DNA from: a virus
Lineage: Duplodnaviria; Caudoviricetes
Length of the DNA stretch: 55,765 bases
Virus record (IMG/VR): IMGVR_UViG_3300008110_005672
Location: 1-55,765 of that record
Direction: 5' to 3' (one strand)
Part shown: piece by piece, positions 47,247-55,596 of the stretch
How the letters are laid out: the number at the start of each line of letters is the position of its first letter
Numbering within the stretch: the first letter of the stretch is position 1
Made by a program: the position numbers and the translations under genes
Notes under the pieces: model-generated
What the model was told of the DNA's origin: nothing
Seen by the model: the letters and a program-made list of their open reading frames with translations, nothing else
Database searches by the model: none

Positions 47247-48347
47247 TTAGTCGGCTCTGAAAGGAGTCCAGCGGTCTCTAGGAACCAGTTTTGATCCGCC
47301 TGCAACATAGCCTTCACCGCCTGGCTTGCCGCCTGTGGTAGCTGTGATATCGCCCTCTGCTTGATCAAGTTCACGGATCACTTCATCTTTGGCAGCCATG
47401 ATCTCACGCACCAGTTCAAACAGTTTGTCCATAACGCCAGGATGCTGTTCACTATGAGCTTGTATCTTGGCAGCTTTTGCAGGAGCCTTTTGCACAAAGG
47501 CCATAAAGGCGTCAGTGTTGATATCATCTAGCTGTTTGTCTTTTGATTTGGTATTTACAAAGGTATAAATTTCCGTTTGCAAATAGCCCATACCTGCAAC
47601 AGGTGCTAGTAAATTATTAATTGCTGATTGATTTTTAGCTAGAGCTTCAATTTTTGCAAGATTTTCAGCACCTACGGCAGGACGATGACTAACTGAAGTC
47701 AAGCCAAATACTTTGAGTTCTGGATTGCCACCAAACTGCTCAGGATCCGTAAAGTCCTCACCGCTCTTGTCTCCAAAGTAGCTGAATACTTTGTGTGCGG
47801 CTACTGCTATTTTGGCTTTAGCCAACTGACGTCCAACTTCACTGTTGCCTGTAACAGAGTAGGTTGTTTGGTTAGGAGTGAACGAAATTCTACCATCACC
47901 ACCTTTATAAGGTTTGCCTGGATGGAATAGAATATCTCCATATACATAACCACGGAACTCTGCAGGAGTTGCTTTTTCAAATACGGGCCACAGTGCTGCC
48001 ATATCACCAGCAAACTTGGCACGCCATTCTTCGCCCTTACCTCGGCTTAGAATAAATTGTTTGAGTTCCTCTGGACTAGAGCTTTTGCCTTCTTCACGTC
48101 CCCAGTTGTTCTTGCCCACCATGCGGAATGTGCCATCTTCTTCACGTCCCCAATAGACTGTGGGATTGCCGTCCCACTTGATAGTGATACTGGTATCGGG
48201 GCTGGCTAGATCTTTTAGTATCTTGATAGCCTTCACAGCACCGTTGGCTTCTGTGAATACAAGATCTTCTAGGTGGTTAAACTCTCTGCCAACTTTCTTG
48301 GGAGCAGGTGCTGCTTCAGCTTCAGTAAGGAATTCAAATGCTCTCAT
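47247..48347 (-). CDS. ATP-dependent ligase/nucleotidyltransferase-like protein (DUF6267-like)
   Basis: HLEDL; TIKWDG.P (KxDG motif I); GD.LF; GEGYV; KLV.R. Confidence 0.65.
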   Translation of the reverse strand: MRAFEFLTEAEAAPAPKKVGREFNHLEDLVFTEANGAVKAIKILKDLASPDTSITIKWDGNPTVYWGREEDGTFRMVGKNNWGREEGKSSSPEELKQFILSRGKGEEWRAKFAGDMAALWPVFEKATPAEFRGYVYGDILFHPGKPYKGGDGRISFTPNQTTYSVTGNSEVGRQLAKAKIAVAAHKVFSYFGDKSGEDFTDPEQFGGNPELKVFGLTSVSHRPAVGAENLAKIEALAKNQSAINNLLAPVAGMGYLQTEIYTFVNTKSKDKQLDDINTDAFMAFVQKAPAKAAKIQAHSEQHPGVMDKLFELVREIMAAKDEVIRELDQAEGDITATTGGKPGGEGYVAGGSKLVPRDRWTPFRAD

Positions 48348-49159
48348 TTTGTTAGGTCTATCATTCTGCGCATCCAACCTATTGTTCCAGGTTGATAGCT
48401 TTCAAAGGCTTCTTTCTTGGGGAGTTCGACGCCTTGCTTACCTAATGTTTCTCTTGCACCTGCAACTAGTTCTTCGTAGTTAGGCAGTTTTTTAATATAA
48501 TTTAGAATTGCATCAACTGACTTTATGTCTTTGACTGCGGCTGTTTGGCCCAGCAGTTGCTTGGCAATGTTATTCCAATCGTTGCCGTCGGGCAGTAGTT
48601 CATCTGTGGTAGCATTCAATAAGCCATGCTTGGGACTGTACTTCATACCGCGAGCACGAGCAATTGAACTCAATACAATATGGCGATGCTCACCGCGATA
48701 CTCGCCTTGTCCGCCAATCATGCTACCCTGTTGGAATTTGGGATTAGCCGAAAACATAAAGTCTGCCTGTACAAATCCATTAACCGGATCACCTTTAATG
48801 GGGGTTTTCCAATGTACATTGTCGCCGCTTAGTTTGACATTTTCTTTGCCAAATTGGCTAATCAACTTTTCTGCAAATGATTTCTTATCTACTTCGTTGG
48901 CATCTACAGAAAGATCTAGATCGCCGGAACTGTTTCGTTCAAATGTGCCGTCCGGATCTTCTTTGCGTCCAGTAGTGCCTAGCCATTTAACAGGTTTTTT
49001 ATCATCTAGATCTTTTTCTTTAGTAAAGTCTAGGCCTGTGATCTTTTCAATGTAAAGAATGGTTTCTTCTACATCACCCGTAGCAATACGCTGTGTTAAC
49101 GGCTGCTTGTCGGGGCCTTTGAATACATTGCCCCCTTCGAATAGATTACTCGTTGTCAT
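48344..49159 (-). CDS. Pol-beta-type nucleotidyltransferase-like protein
   Basis: LGTTGRK...SGDLDLSVD...VQADFM. Confidence 0.65.
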   Translation of the reverse strand: MTTSNLFEGGNVFKGPDKQPLTQRIATGDVEETILYIEKITGLDFTKEKDLDDKKPVKWLGTTGRKEDPDGTFERNSSGDLDLSVDANEVDKKSFAEKLISQFGKENVKLSGDNVHWKTPIKGDPVNGFVQADFMFSANPKFQQGSMIGGQGEYRGEHRHIVLSSIARARGMKYSPKHGLLNATTDELLPDGNDWNNIAKQLLGQTAAVKDIKSVDAILNYIKKLPNYEELVAGARETLGKQGVELPKKEAFESYQPGTIGWMRRMIDLTK

Positions 49160-49433
49160 TGGATTCTTCTAGTTTTCTTTTGGCTTTGCGTGATTCTGCC
49201 AGTCTTCGTACACCGCGGGTAAACTTGCTGGGATCTTGTCCTTTGATAGCATTAATAAGTCTGCGCTCAAGTTCATCCGCTGATTCAGCATCATAGTGCT
49301 TGTGTATGCTTTCGAGCAGATTAATAGCAGAATTAATGATATTGGTGGCGCGACTTTCGATTAACGAATCCGTATTGCGTACTTCGGCAATTTCATTAAG
49401 TTCCTGCAGAATTGATCTGGTACGAAGTTTCAT
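49146..49433 (-). CDS. conserved hypothetical phage protein
   Basis: TRSILQEL...ESRA.NII.SAINL. Confidence 0.75.
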   Translation of the reverse strand: MKLRTRSILQELNEIAEVRNTDSLIESRATNIINSAINLLESIHKHYDAESADELERRLINAIKGQDPSKFTRGVRRLAESRKAKRKLEESNDNE

Positions 49434-49549
49434 AAATTATTTCCTATTGTGTATTTAACTCATTTTAAACAATAATAACATTGTACTGAAAAATGTGCAA
49501 TCGCACAAGAGCAGACTAAATACTCAGTAGAAACACTGAGTCTACACAC

Positions 49550-49645
49550 GATCAATATCTAAACACCAAAGGCATTACCGATGCCGCTCAACTCGAAAAC
49601 TATGTTCGCGAGTTCAACTACTCTCACAAGGGGAATTATCTATGA
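49550..49645 (+). pseudogene. 5'-truncated small ORF (DQYLNTKGITDAAQLENYVREFNYSHKGNYL*)
   Basis: Protein-like frame lacking a start codon and SD; ends in an ATGA overlap. Confidence 0.4.
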
Positions 49646-49764
49646 AAAACTTTTTAAACACATTAAGCAGTCTTTTTGAAAGCCTAGGCAAGGCTAGAGC
49701 AGCAGCACACCTGGCTCGATGTGGATTACATAAACAAGCTAGAGATCTAATGCTGACCAAATAA
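49642..49764 (+). CDS. small hypothetical protein (40 aa)
   Basis: MKNFLNTLSSLFESLGKARAAAHLARCG...; AAGGGG SD. Confidence 0.6.
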   Translation: MKNFLNTLSSLFESLGKARAAAHLARCGLHKQARDLMLTK

Positions 49765-49782
49765 GTTCAAATAAATAATGGC

Positions 49783-50358
49783 ATGAACTTGGTGTACATT
49801 CATGGAGCTAATGCCACAAGCGAAAGCTTCAATTATATTAGAAGCAAATTAGGTAATGGTATCGATATCAATTACGACAGTCGTAATGGATTTGAAAATA
49901 ACCTAAAAGACATGCAGGCCGCACTAGACGGACATACTGATCTAGTGTTTGTTGCGCACAGTCTGGGTGGTATCTATAGCCTGCATTTGGCCAACTCAAT
50001 GCCAGAATCCGTTAAGGGTGCTGTGACTCTAAGCACACCCTATGGTGGTGCTGAAGTTGCTGACTATGCTCAATACTTCCTGCCATTCAGCAGATTGATG
50101 CGTGATATTGGGCCAAGCAGTTGGGTCATGAAGCAGGCCAGAAACATCAAGATTCGGCATCCTTGGACTAATATTGTCACGGTAAAGGGCCAAAGTCCGT
50201 TTATGCATGAACCCAACGATGGTGTTGTGACTATTGCCAGTCAGAAACATCATGAGGATATGGAATTAGTAGAGGTTGAATACAACCACTATGAAGTTGT
50301 GCTTAGTGATGAAGTGGTTGGACTTATCAAGGAACGAGTAAAAAAGTTCAAGAAATAA
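49783..50358 (+). CDS. alpha/beta hydrolase (lipase-like)
   Basis: IHG; AHSLGG; STPYGG; NDGVV; NH. Confidence 0.88.
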   Translation: MNLVYIHGANATSESFNYIRSKLGNGIDINYDSRNGFENNLKDMQAALDGHTDLVFVAHSLGGIYSLHLANSMPESVKGAVTLSTPYGGAEVADYAQYFLPFSRLMRDIGPSSWVMKQARNIKIRHPWTNIVTVKGQSPFMHEPNDGVVTIASQKHHEDMELVEVEYNHYEVVLSDEVVGLIKERVKKFKK

Positions 50359-50359
50359 G

Positions 50360-50388
50360 TTGCTTTTTTGTCTTTAGGCATATATAAT
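50360..50388 (+). promoter_or_regulatory. sigma70-type promoter
   Basis: TTGCTT-17 bp-TATAAT. Confidence 0.6.
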
Positions 50389-50412
50389 AAACTAACAGCG
50401 AAAAAGAAGTAG

Positions 50413-50598
50413 TTGTTAGCAACAGACATTAACGACTTCCATGCCAAATTCCAGGGCTGGGAAATGACTGCCACTCGTGACGAGAAGACTGGTCAAATCG
50501 TTAGTAAGGTTGAAATGCCACAGTTTCCAGGTCTAGACAAAGTACTAGAAACCGCCGAAAAGATGTATTCATTTGTTAACAGCGGCGTGAAGAAATAA
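50413..50598 (+). CDS. hypothetical protein, probably 5'-truncated
   Basis: Protein-like C-term (FPG...VL..AEKMYSFV); no SD or ATG. Confidence 0.5.
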   Translation: MLATDINDFHAKFQGWEMTATRDEKTGQIVSKVEMPQFPGLDKVLETAEKMYSFVNSGVKK

Positions 50599-50629
50599 TT
50601 ACGCTCGTAGAGCAATACAATTAGTGGTA

Positions 50630-50660
50630 AAAGAAAAGCACCTTCGGGTGCTTTTTCTTT
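50630..50660. terminator. bidirectional intrinsic terminator
   Basis: AAAAGCACC-TTCG-GGTGCTTTT between convergent genes. Confidence 0.88.
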
Positions 50661-51366
50661 ATGCGTTTCTAAGTTTTGCTAGACCTATATAGTTAAACAA
50701 TTTAAACCACATCCAACCCAAATCAAATTCAAACCAACGACGACTTAATCGAGGATTAGCAGGATCTAGGTGATGGTTGTTGTGTAGCTCTTCACCGCCA
50801 ATTAATATACCCCAAGGTACTATATTACGACTATGGTCCTTGGTTTCACCATTGCGATATCCCCACCAATGGCCTACACCGTTGATAAAACCAGCGGCCC
50901 AGAACGGTATCCATATCATTTGTACACCCCACACTAGAAATCCCCAGGACCCAAATAATACAAGATCTATGATCAACATTAAGAGAATGCCCAGGCGGCT
51001 ATGGGGTGTATAAAGTTTACGTTCAATCCAGTCTTTAGGAGTACCCATTCCATATTTCATAATCATGTCAGCATCTTTGCCGGCACGGTTATAAAACTTG
51101 ACTCCACCAAATACCAATGGCCAAATACCAAATACGTGGGGACTGTGTGGATCGCCTTCGACATCTGTGTTCTGATGATGCTTGCGATGGATGGCCACCC
51201 ACTGCTTGGTGGTCATTCCAGTTGTGAGCCATAACCAAAAACGCATAAAATGGCTTAAGATTGGGTGAAATTCAATACCTCTATGTGCTTGGCTTCTGTG
51301 TAGGTATAAGGTTACACAGACTATTGTAATGTGCGTCATTACCAACGTTGCGATTATCATATTCAT
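50659..51366 (-). CDS. membrane fatty acid (delta-9) desaturase
   Basis: His boxes HRSQAH, HRKHH, HNNHH; DPHSP. Confidence 0.92.
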   Translation of the reverse strand: MNMIIATLVMTHITIVCVTLYLHRSQAHRGIEFHPILSHFMRFWLWLTTGMTTKQWVAIHRKHHQNTDVEGDPHSPHVFGIWPLVFGGVKFYNRAGKDADMIMKYGMGTPKDWIERKLYTPHSRLGILLMLIIDLVLFGSWGFLVWGVQMIWIPFWAAGFINGVGHWWGYRNGETKDHSRNIVPWGILIGGEELHNNHHLDPANPRLSRRWFEFDLGWMWFKLFNYIGLAKLRNA

Positions 51367-51381
51367 TGTTTACTTATCCGG

Positions 51382-51410
51382 TTGACACCCTACCAAAATA
51401 ATGCTATAAT
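51382..51410 (+). promoter_or_regulatory. consensus sigma70 promoter; near-leaderless transcript
   Basis: TTGACA-17 bp-TATAAT with extended TG; ATG 5 nt downstream. Confidence 0.88.
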
Positions 51411-51415
51411 ATGGT

Positions 51416-52000
51416 ATGAAAAAGAAAATCATACTTACAGACGCAGACGGGGTGTTGTTAGATTGGGAATACGCATTTGACGTGTACATGCAACAACACG
51501 GATTTATCCAACAGGATGGCGGCAATCTAAAATATAATATCGGTAGCCGTTACGGCATCGATCCTGAACAGGGTAAAAAGCTAATCAAGATCTTTAACGA
51601 ATCAGCACACATGGGATTCCTGCCACCCTTACGTGATGCTATGTATTATGTTAAAAGGCTACACGAAGAACACGGCTATGTGTTTCATTGTATTACTTCA
51701 ATGAGTTCTGATGCTAATGCTCAAGAACTACGCAAAATGAACCTATGCAAACTGTTTGGCAAGACAGCTTTTGAAAAGTTTATTATCCTAGAAACAGGTG
51801 CTGACAAAGACGAAGCACTTGCTCCGTATAAAGGCAAAGGATATTATTGGATTGAAGATAAAATTACCAATGCTGTTGTGGGGCATGAATTAGGACTAAA
51901 GAGTCTATTAGTTGAACACGGACACAATATGGACTACGAGCATCCAGAAATTCCGCGTGTCAAGAACTGGAAAGAAATCTACGATATTATTGTAGACTAA
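51416..52000 (+). CDS. HAD-superfamily 5'(3')-nucleotidase-like protein
   Basis: DADGVLLDW; ITS; K; WIED. Confidence 0.8.
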   Translation: MKKKIILTDADGVLLDWEYAFDVYMQQHGFIQQDGGNLKYNIGSRYGIDPEQGKKLIKIFNESAHMGFLPPLRDAMYYVKRLHEEHGYVFHCITSMSSDANAQELRKMNLCKLFGKTAFEKFIILETGADKDEALAPYKGKGYYWIEDKITNAVVGHELGLKSLLVEHGHNMDYEHPEIPRVKNWKEIYDIIVD

Positions 52001-52218
52001 AGTTTCTCGCCACAATGAGGACAAGTTTGCTTGTGTTCTTCTCTACCTTGCTTTATTACTTTTTTTAACTTCCTAGCATCACGCAAACTACTCTTTATGG
52101 TTGTCCTACATCGTTCAGATTTTGTTTTTCCTAATTCAATTTTTAAATTGTTTCTTAGTTTTTGAAGTCTACCTTCAAAAATATCCAAGAAGCCCGAAAG
52201 AGTTTTATTAGTAGACAT
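51997..52218 (-). CDS. basic hypothetical protein ending CPHCGEKL
   Basis: ORF with TAAATA upstream. Confidence 0.65.
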   Translation of the reverse strand: MSTNKTLSGFLDIFEGRLQKLRNNLKIELGKTKSERCRTTIKSSLRDARKLKKVIKQGREEHKQTCPHCGEKL

Positions 52219-52317
52219 CTGCTATTCCCTATTACGACAAGTTTCTATAGCAATATTTAAGTGATATTTGATTACACTAATATTACAAATTCGTTAATTT
52301 GTTAGAAAAATTAGCCA

Positions 52318-52421
52318 AAAAAAGTGCTCACTTAAGGATGCCCTCGGGCACGACTCCTACTATCATCCTCGCCCAGCAGCCGGGCACACCAAGTAACGCA
52401 AGCGTTCCTAAGGTAGGTGTT
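52318..52421 (-). ncRNA. GC-rich structured intergenic element (unassigned)
   Basis: Stems ACACC/GGTGT, GCCCG/TGGGC, AGGATG/CATCCT, followed by a T-tract. Confidence 0.4.
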
Positions 52422-52961
52422 CTATCTCTTATCACTAGGAGTACTTGCTGGCAAATGATCTCTACCATAATGCAACTTACTGCCTAAAATCTTTTCTAGT
52501 GCTACCATTAACTCCGGGCCAACTAGATGCTTACGCAACCATTTCTCCGCTAGACTATTTACAATCTTTTCATTGCGGTAGACTCCGCCTTGGGATTTGT
52601 GGTTGGCATAGGCGTGATATGCTTCGTGAACAGCAATGGCCACTGCCGCTGCTTCGTGGCTTTCTAGATCTTTAACTTCTATGCTTCCACCGGGTTCATC
52701 ATCATTGGGAGTAAAGTGCCCGTCTCTTGAACCTTCCCATACTAGATACATACCTGATTGTAATTCATCCTCATCGTCTGTGACTAGATTTTTACCTAGC
52801 ACATCTTGTATAGCATCATACACTGACCAGGGTGTGGCTGCACGACCCCTAATCTCAGTGTTAGGCATCATGGGTTTATCTTCGGGATCAAAGTCTCCGT
52901 ACCGAGCTCTTAGAGCCGCGTCAGAAGTTTTGAGTTCCGAGATAAACTCATAGGATCTCAT
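52422..52961 (-). CDS. hypothetical protein with HExxH (zincin-like)
   Basis: VHEAYH...E; N-term MRSYEFISE. Confidence 0.6.
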   Translation of the reverse strand: MRSYEFISELKTSDAALRARYGDFDPEDKPMMPNTEIRGRAATPWSVYDAIQDVLGKNLVTDDEDELQSGMYLVWEGSRDGHFTPNDDEPGGSIEVKDLESHEAAAVAIAVHEAYHAYANHKSQGGVYRNEKIVNSLAEKWLRKHLVGPELMVALEKILGSKLHYGRDHLPASTPSDKR

Positions 52962-52964
52962 AGA

Positions 52965-53405
52965 TTAATTGCACCAACTTTGTTTAGCGTCACCGTAGTA
53001 TTCACGAGCCAAGCCGTTGCTAATAAGTCCTTGTCTAATGCTTTGTCCGTTTACCAAGATATCTCCCAATATACGGCCACCAAACTTATCCCATCCATAG
53101 ATAATAACCTGGTGCTTTGGGTGGGATTGTAAGGCTTGAGTTGTAAATTTACTCGCCAATTGCGCTCGCTGGTCTTCTTGTGGACATTGAGCTCGGTGTC
53201 CTTTTTCCGGTGTGTCAACTCCGTAGATTCTAACAGCCAGTTCGGGCTTGAGCGGTGCTGGTAGAAAGGGGGCGGCGATTACAATAGTATCGCCATCACT
53301 CACTCTAATGACCTGTGCATCGTAGGTCGCTGATTTTGCAGGCATCTTGCCCTGTGCTAATGCCAGTACTGGCACTAACAATAATACTGCTAACAATTTG
53401 TTCAT
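52965..53405 (-). CDS. secreted thermonuclease (SNase-like)
   Basis: Signal peptide; DGDT; RIYGVDTPE; DKFGGR.LG; GLAR.Y. Confidence 0.9.
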   Translation of the reverse strand: MNKLLAVLLLVPVLALAQGKMPAKSATYDAQVIRVSDGDTIVIAAPFLPAPLKPELAVRIYGVDTPEKGHRAQCPQEDQRAQLASKFTTQALQSHPKHQVIIYGWDKFGGRILGDILVNGQSIRQGLISNGLAREYYGDAKQSWCN

Positions 53406-53430
53406 TTTAGATCCTCAATATCTATGTAGT

Positions 53431-54039
53431 TTATTTATCGTGTATCCAAAATCCCAATCTGTCACCTCCGGGACTTTCATACCATTTGGTTCTAGGAGGT
53501 TGTGGTAGGGGATTGTCCCGCCATACTGGATAAATGACATCGCTGTTGTGATTACTGAAATCGTCGTTCCACCGTAGGTGTACTTCGATAATCTTGCCAT
53601 CCACGTACTCTACATTGACCCAGGGTGTTAGTCGCCATAGTTCACCTAACACTTCAGGAAACTTGTAGCGTTCTTCAATGCGTTCCCAGCGACTGAAACG
53701 ATCTAATCTGTCAGGATCATCTCTAAATCCTTCTACTGCTAGATGTTGTATGCCGTAGTGAAAGTCTACACTGGTATGCCGTCCTTCGAAACATTCGCAC
53801 CAAAAGTATCCGTCGGGTACTAGATCAGTGTCCTTGGGTGTTAGCCATTGTTTGCTAGCCCCTCTGCTCATCATGCGTATATTGGTGATAGGACGAACTA
53901 TATATTGTCCTGGTTTAGGTACAGCAATGCCAGCAGGACCAGCAATATGGTCCAACTTGCGGGCCAATATCAGTTTGTCGTAGATCCACAAGTAATCTGT
54001 AGGACAACTTGCCCATACATCTTTGTCATCGATGAACAT
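53431..54039 (-). CDS. ATP-grasp-like hypothetical protein
   Basis: YDKL; IVRP..N..M; E.FEG...SVD; NVE....IIEVHLR. Confidence 0.55.
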   Translation of the reverse strand: MFIDDKDVWASCPTDYLWIYDKLILARKLDHIAGPAGIAVPKPGQYIVRPITNIRMMSRGASKQWLTPKDTDLVPDGYFWCECFEGRHTSVDFHYGIQHLAVEGFRDDPDRLDRFSRWERIEERYKFPEVLGELWRLTPWVNVEYVDGKIIEVHLRWNDDFSNHNSDVIYPVWRDNPLPQPPRTKWYESPGGDRLGFWIHDK

Positions 54040-54047
54040 AGGTTAAT

Positions 54048-54680
54048 TTAGTCGTTCATTCGCCATTTGTTTTCTGGCAATCCGTAATCCCATTTAGGAT
54101 CCATCTCAACATTCCATCTAGTGGTGGCCACATGAAAGTCTGGTATCTTCATTTCTTTGGGATTACTTGCTGGTTCAAGGATAACAATGCGATTGTTTGG
54201 CTGTGCGGCAAATTGTCCATTGTCGCATTTGATAAAGTTAAAACTCTTGTGATCTTCGACATCTTCACTATGCCCACAATCTATAACATTGAAATCAGGA
54301 TGTGCAGAATCAACAGTGAAAAGATATTCACCCCCTAGCCAAGATCCATCTTTCATTTTGATTTTGCATCTCATATTGGCAATCATTGCTTTTCTAATCA
54401 CAGTGACGTCATAAGACATGCTGTTCCATAATTGTAAAAAATCTAAAGGATATGGATCACCTTCTATGGGTTTCCAACAGAATGCGTGTAATGGCAGCTT
54501 GTCATATAGCGCACCATATTGATTCAAGTATGCTTCAATGCGGAATGCCTGACTGCGTTGGCTTTTAAGTGTGATCCACCAACAGGGTTCTAATTCCCCG
54601 TGTCCTTTTTCAAAGTCGTAGAGAAATTCTTTACGAATAAAACATTTTACTGGTGGCAAGTTTGCAACTAGAAAACTCAT
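54048..54680 (-). CDS. conserved hypothetical phage protein (MSFLVANLPP...AAQPNNR)
   Basis: Long ORF; TGATG coupling. Confidence 0.8.
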   Translation of the reverse strand: MSFLVANLPPVKCFIRKEFLYDFEKGHGELEPCWWITLKSQRSQAFRIEAYLNQYGALYDKLPLHAFCWKPIEGDPYPLDFLQLWNSMSYDVTVIRKAMIANMRCKIKMKDGSWLGGEYLFTVDSAHPDFNVIDCGHSEDVEDHKSFNFIKCDNGQFAAQPNNRIVILEPASNPKEMKIPDFHVATTRWNVEMDPKWDYGLPENKWRMND

Positions 54681-54838
54681 CAGTTATAGACTCGTTGAAT
54701 ACCTTTGTCTACACAATCTGCACATTCACAGTCTGGGCAATCGCAGTCGTCTGTCATACAGCTGAATCCACAGTGTGCGGTACACCAGCAGATGCATTTG
54801 GGTTTTAATCTTTGATATGTTGTGTCATTGTCTTCCAT
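54680..54838 (-). CDS. Cys-rich metallothionein-like small protein (52 aa)
   Basis: CICWCTAHCGFSCMTDDCDCPDCECADC: 10 Cys + His; GAGG SD. Confidence 0.65.
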   Translation of the reverse strand: MEDNDTTYQRLKPKCICWCTAHCGFSCMTDDCDCPDCECADCVDKGIQRVYN

Positions 54839-54876
54839 TGTTCGCCTCTACAATGTTGATATATTTTCTGTACATC

Positions 54877-55593
54877 TTAATTCTCTATTAATAATAAATC
54901 AAAGGCTGCGGTATATCTACCGTTGTTGGTTCTGCCTGATACTCGCACATCAATATCCGACTTTTCTGGAATGGGTGGCGGAAATGTAAATTCATAAAGA
55001 TACTGTCCACCGGCTCCACTGACTTCAAAGGTATGCTGTGTTCTAAAACTTTCTTCGCCAAAGTATCTCACAAACATATTGCCTGTGGCATCAGAAGTAC
55101 TCTGCGCTGAAGCAGTACCTTTGTAAAGATAACCAGTGTATCCAGCAGGTACTGTGTACACAGCCATCAGTGTCTGTCCTTTGGTAGCAGTGATACGAGC
55201 CACTGTGGTTGAATTTCGTTGTATGTCAATGTTGCCTACATTTGTAGTGCCGTCTGCTACGAACGCTCTAAACACTCGCTTGAACACCACAGTACCAGTG
55301 TTGTTGCTGGCTGCGGTCAGTGTGATAGATTCTTGTGTTTGATTGTAGTCAGCATCTAGCCCTATTACTGTGACGACCTTGTCAGCATCATCGGTACTGG
55401 CTCTATCTAGATTAACAACTCCTGCTGTGTCAAACGCTGACCAAGGATACACAGTGTCGTTGACGTCCCATACACTGCCTGTGCTGTTTGTGCTCATTGC
55501 TGGCACAGCACCAAACTTGTGTACAAAGGAATGATCAGTGATGTTGCCTTCGGCAACCATTTGATTAAAAGGATGTTGTTTGCGATTGGCCAT
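54877..55593 (-). CDS. hypothetical protein, probably structural
   Basis: VHKFG; GLD.DY; GQTLMAVYTVPAG; EKSDI. Confidence 0.7.
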   Translation of the reverse strand: MANRKQHPFNQMVAEGNITDHSFVHKFGAVPAMSTNSTGSVWDVNDTVYPWSAFDTAGVVNLDRASTDDADKVVTVIGLDADYNQTQESITLTAASNNTGTVVFKRVFRAFVADGTTNVGNIDIQRNSTTVARITATKGQTLMAVYTVPAGYTGYLYKGTASAQSTSDATGNMFVRYFGEESFRTQHTFEVSGAGGQYLYEFTFPPPIPEKSDIDVRVSGRTNNGRYTAAFDLLLIEN

Positions 55594-55596
55594 ATA

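Noticed and set aside
52360-52390. TCCTCGC resembling an HDV-like ribozyme L3 loop on the plus strand
   Set aside because: Flanking bases do not form P3 or the nested double pseudoknot
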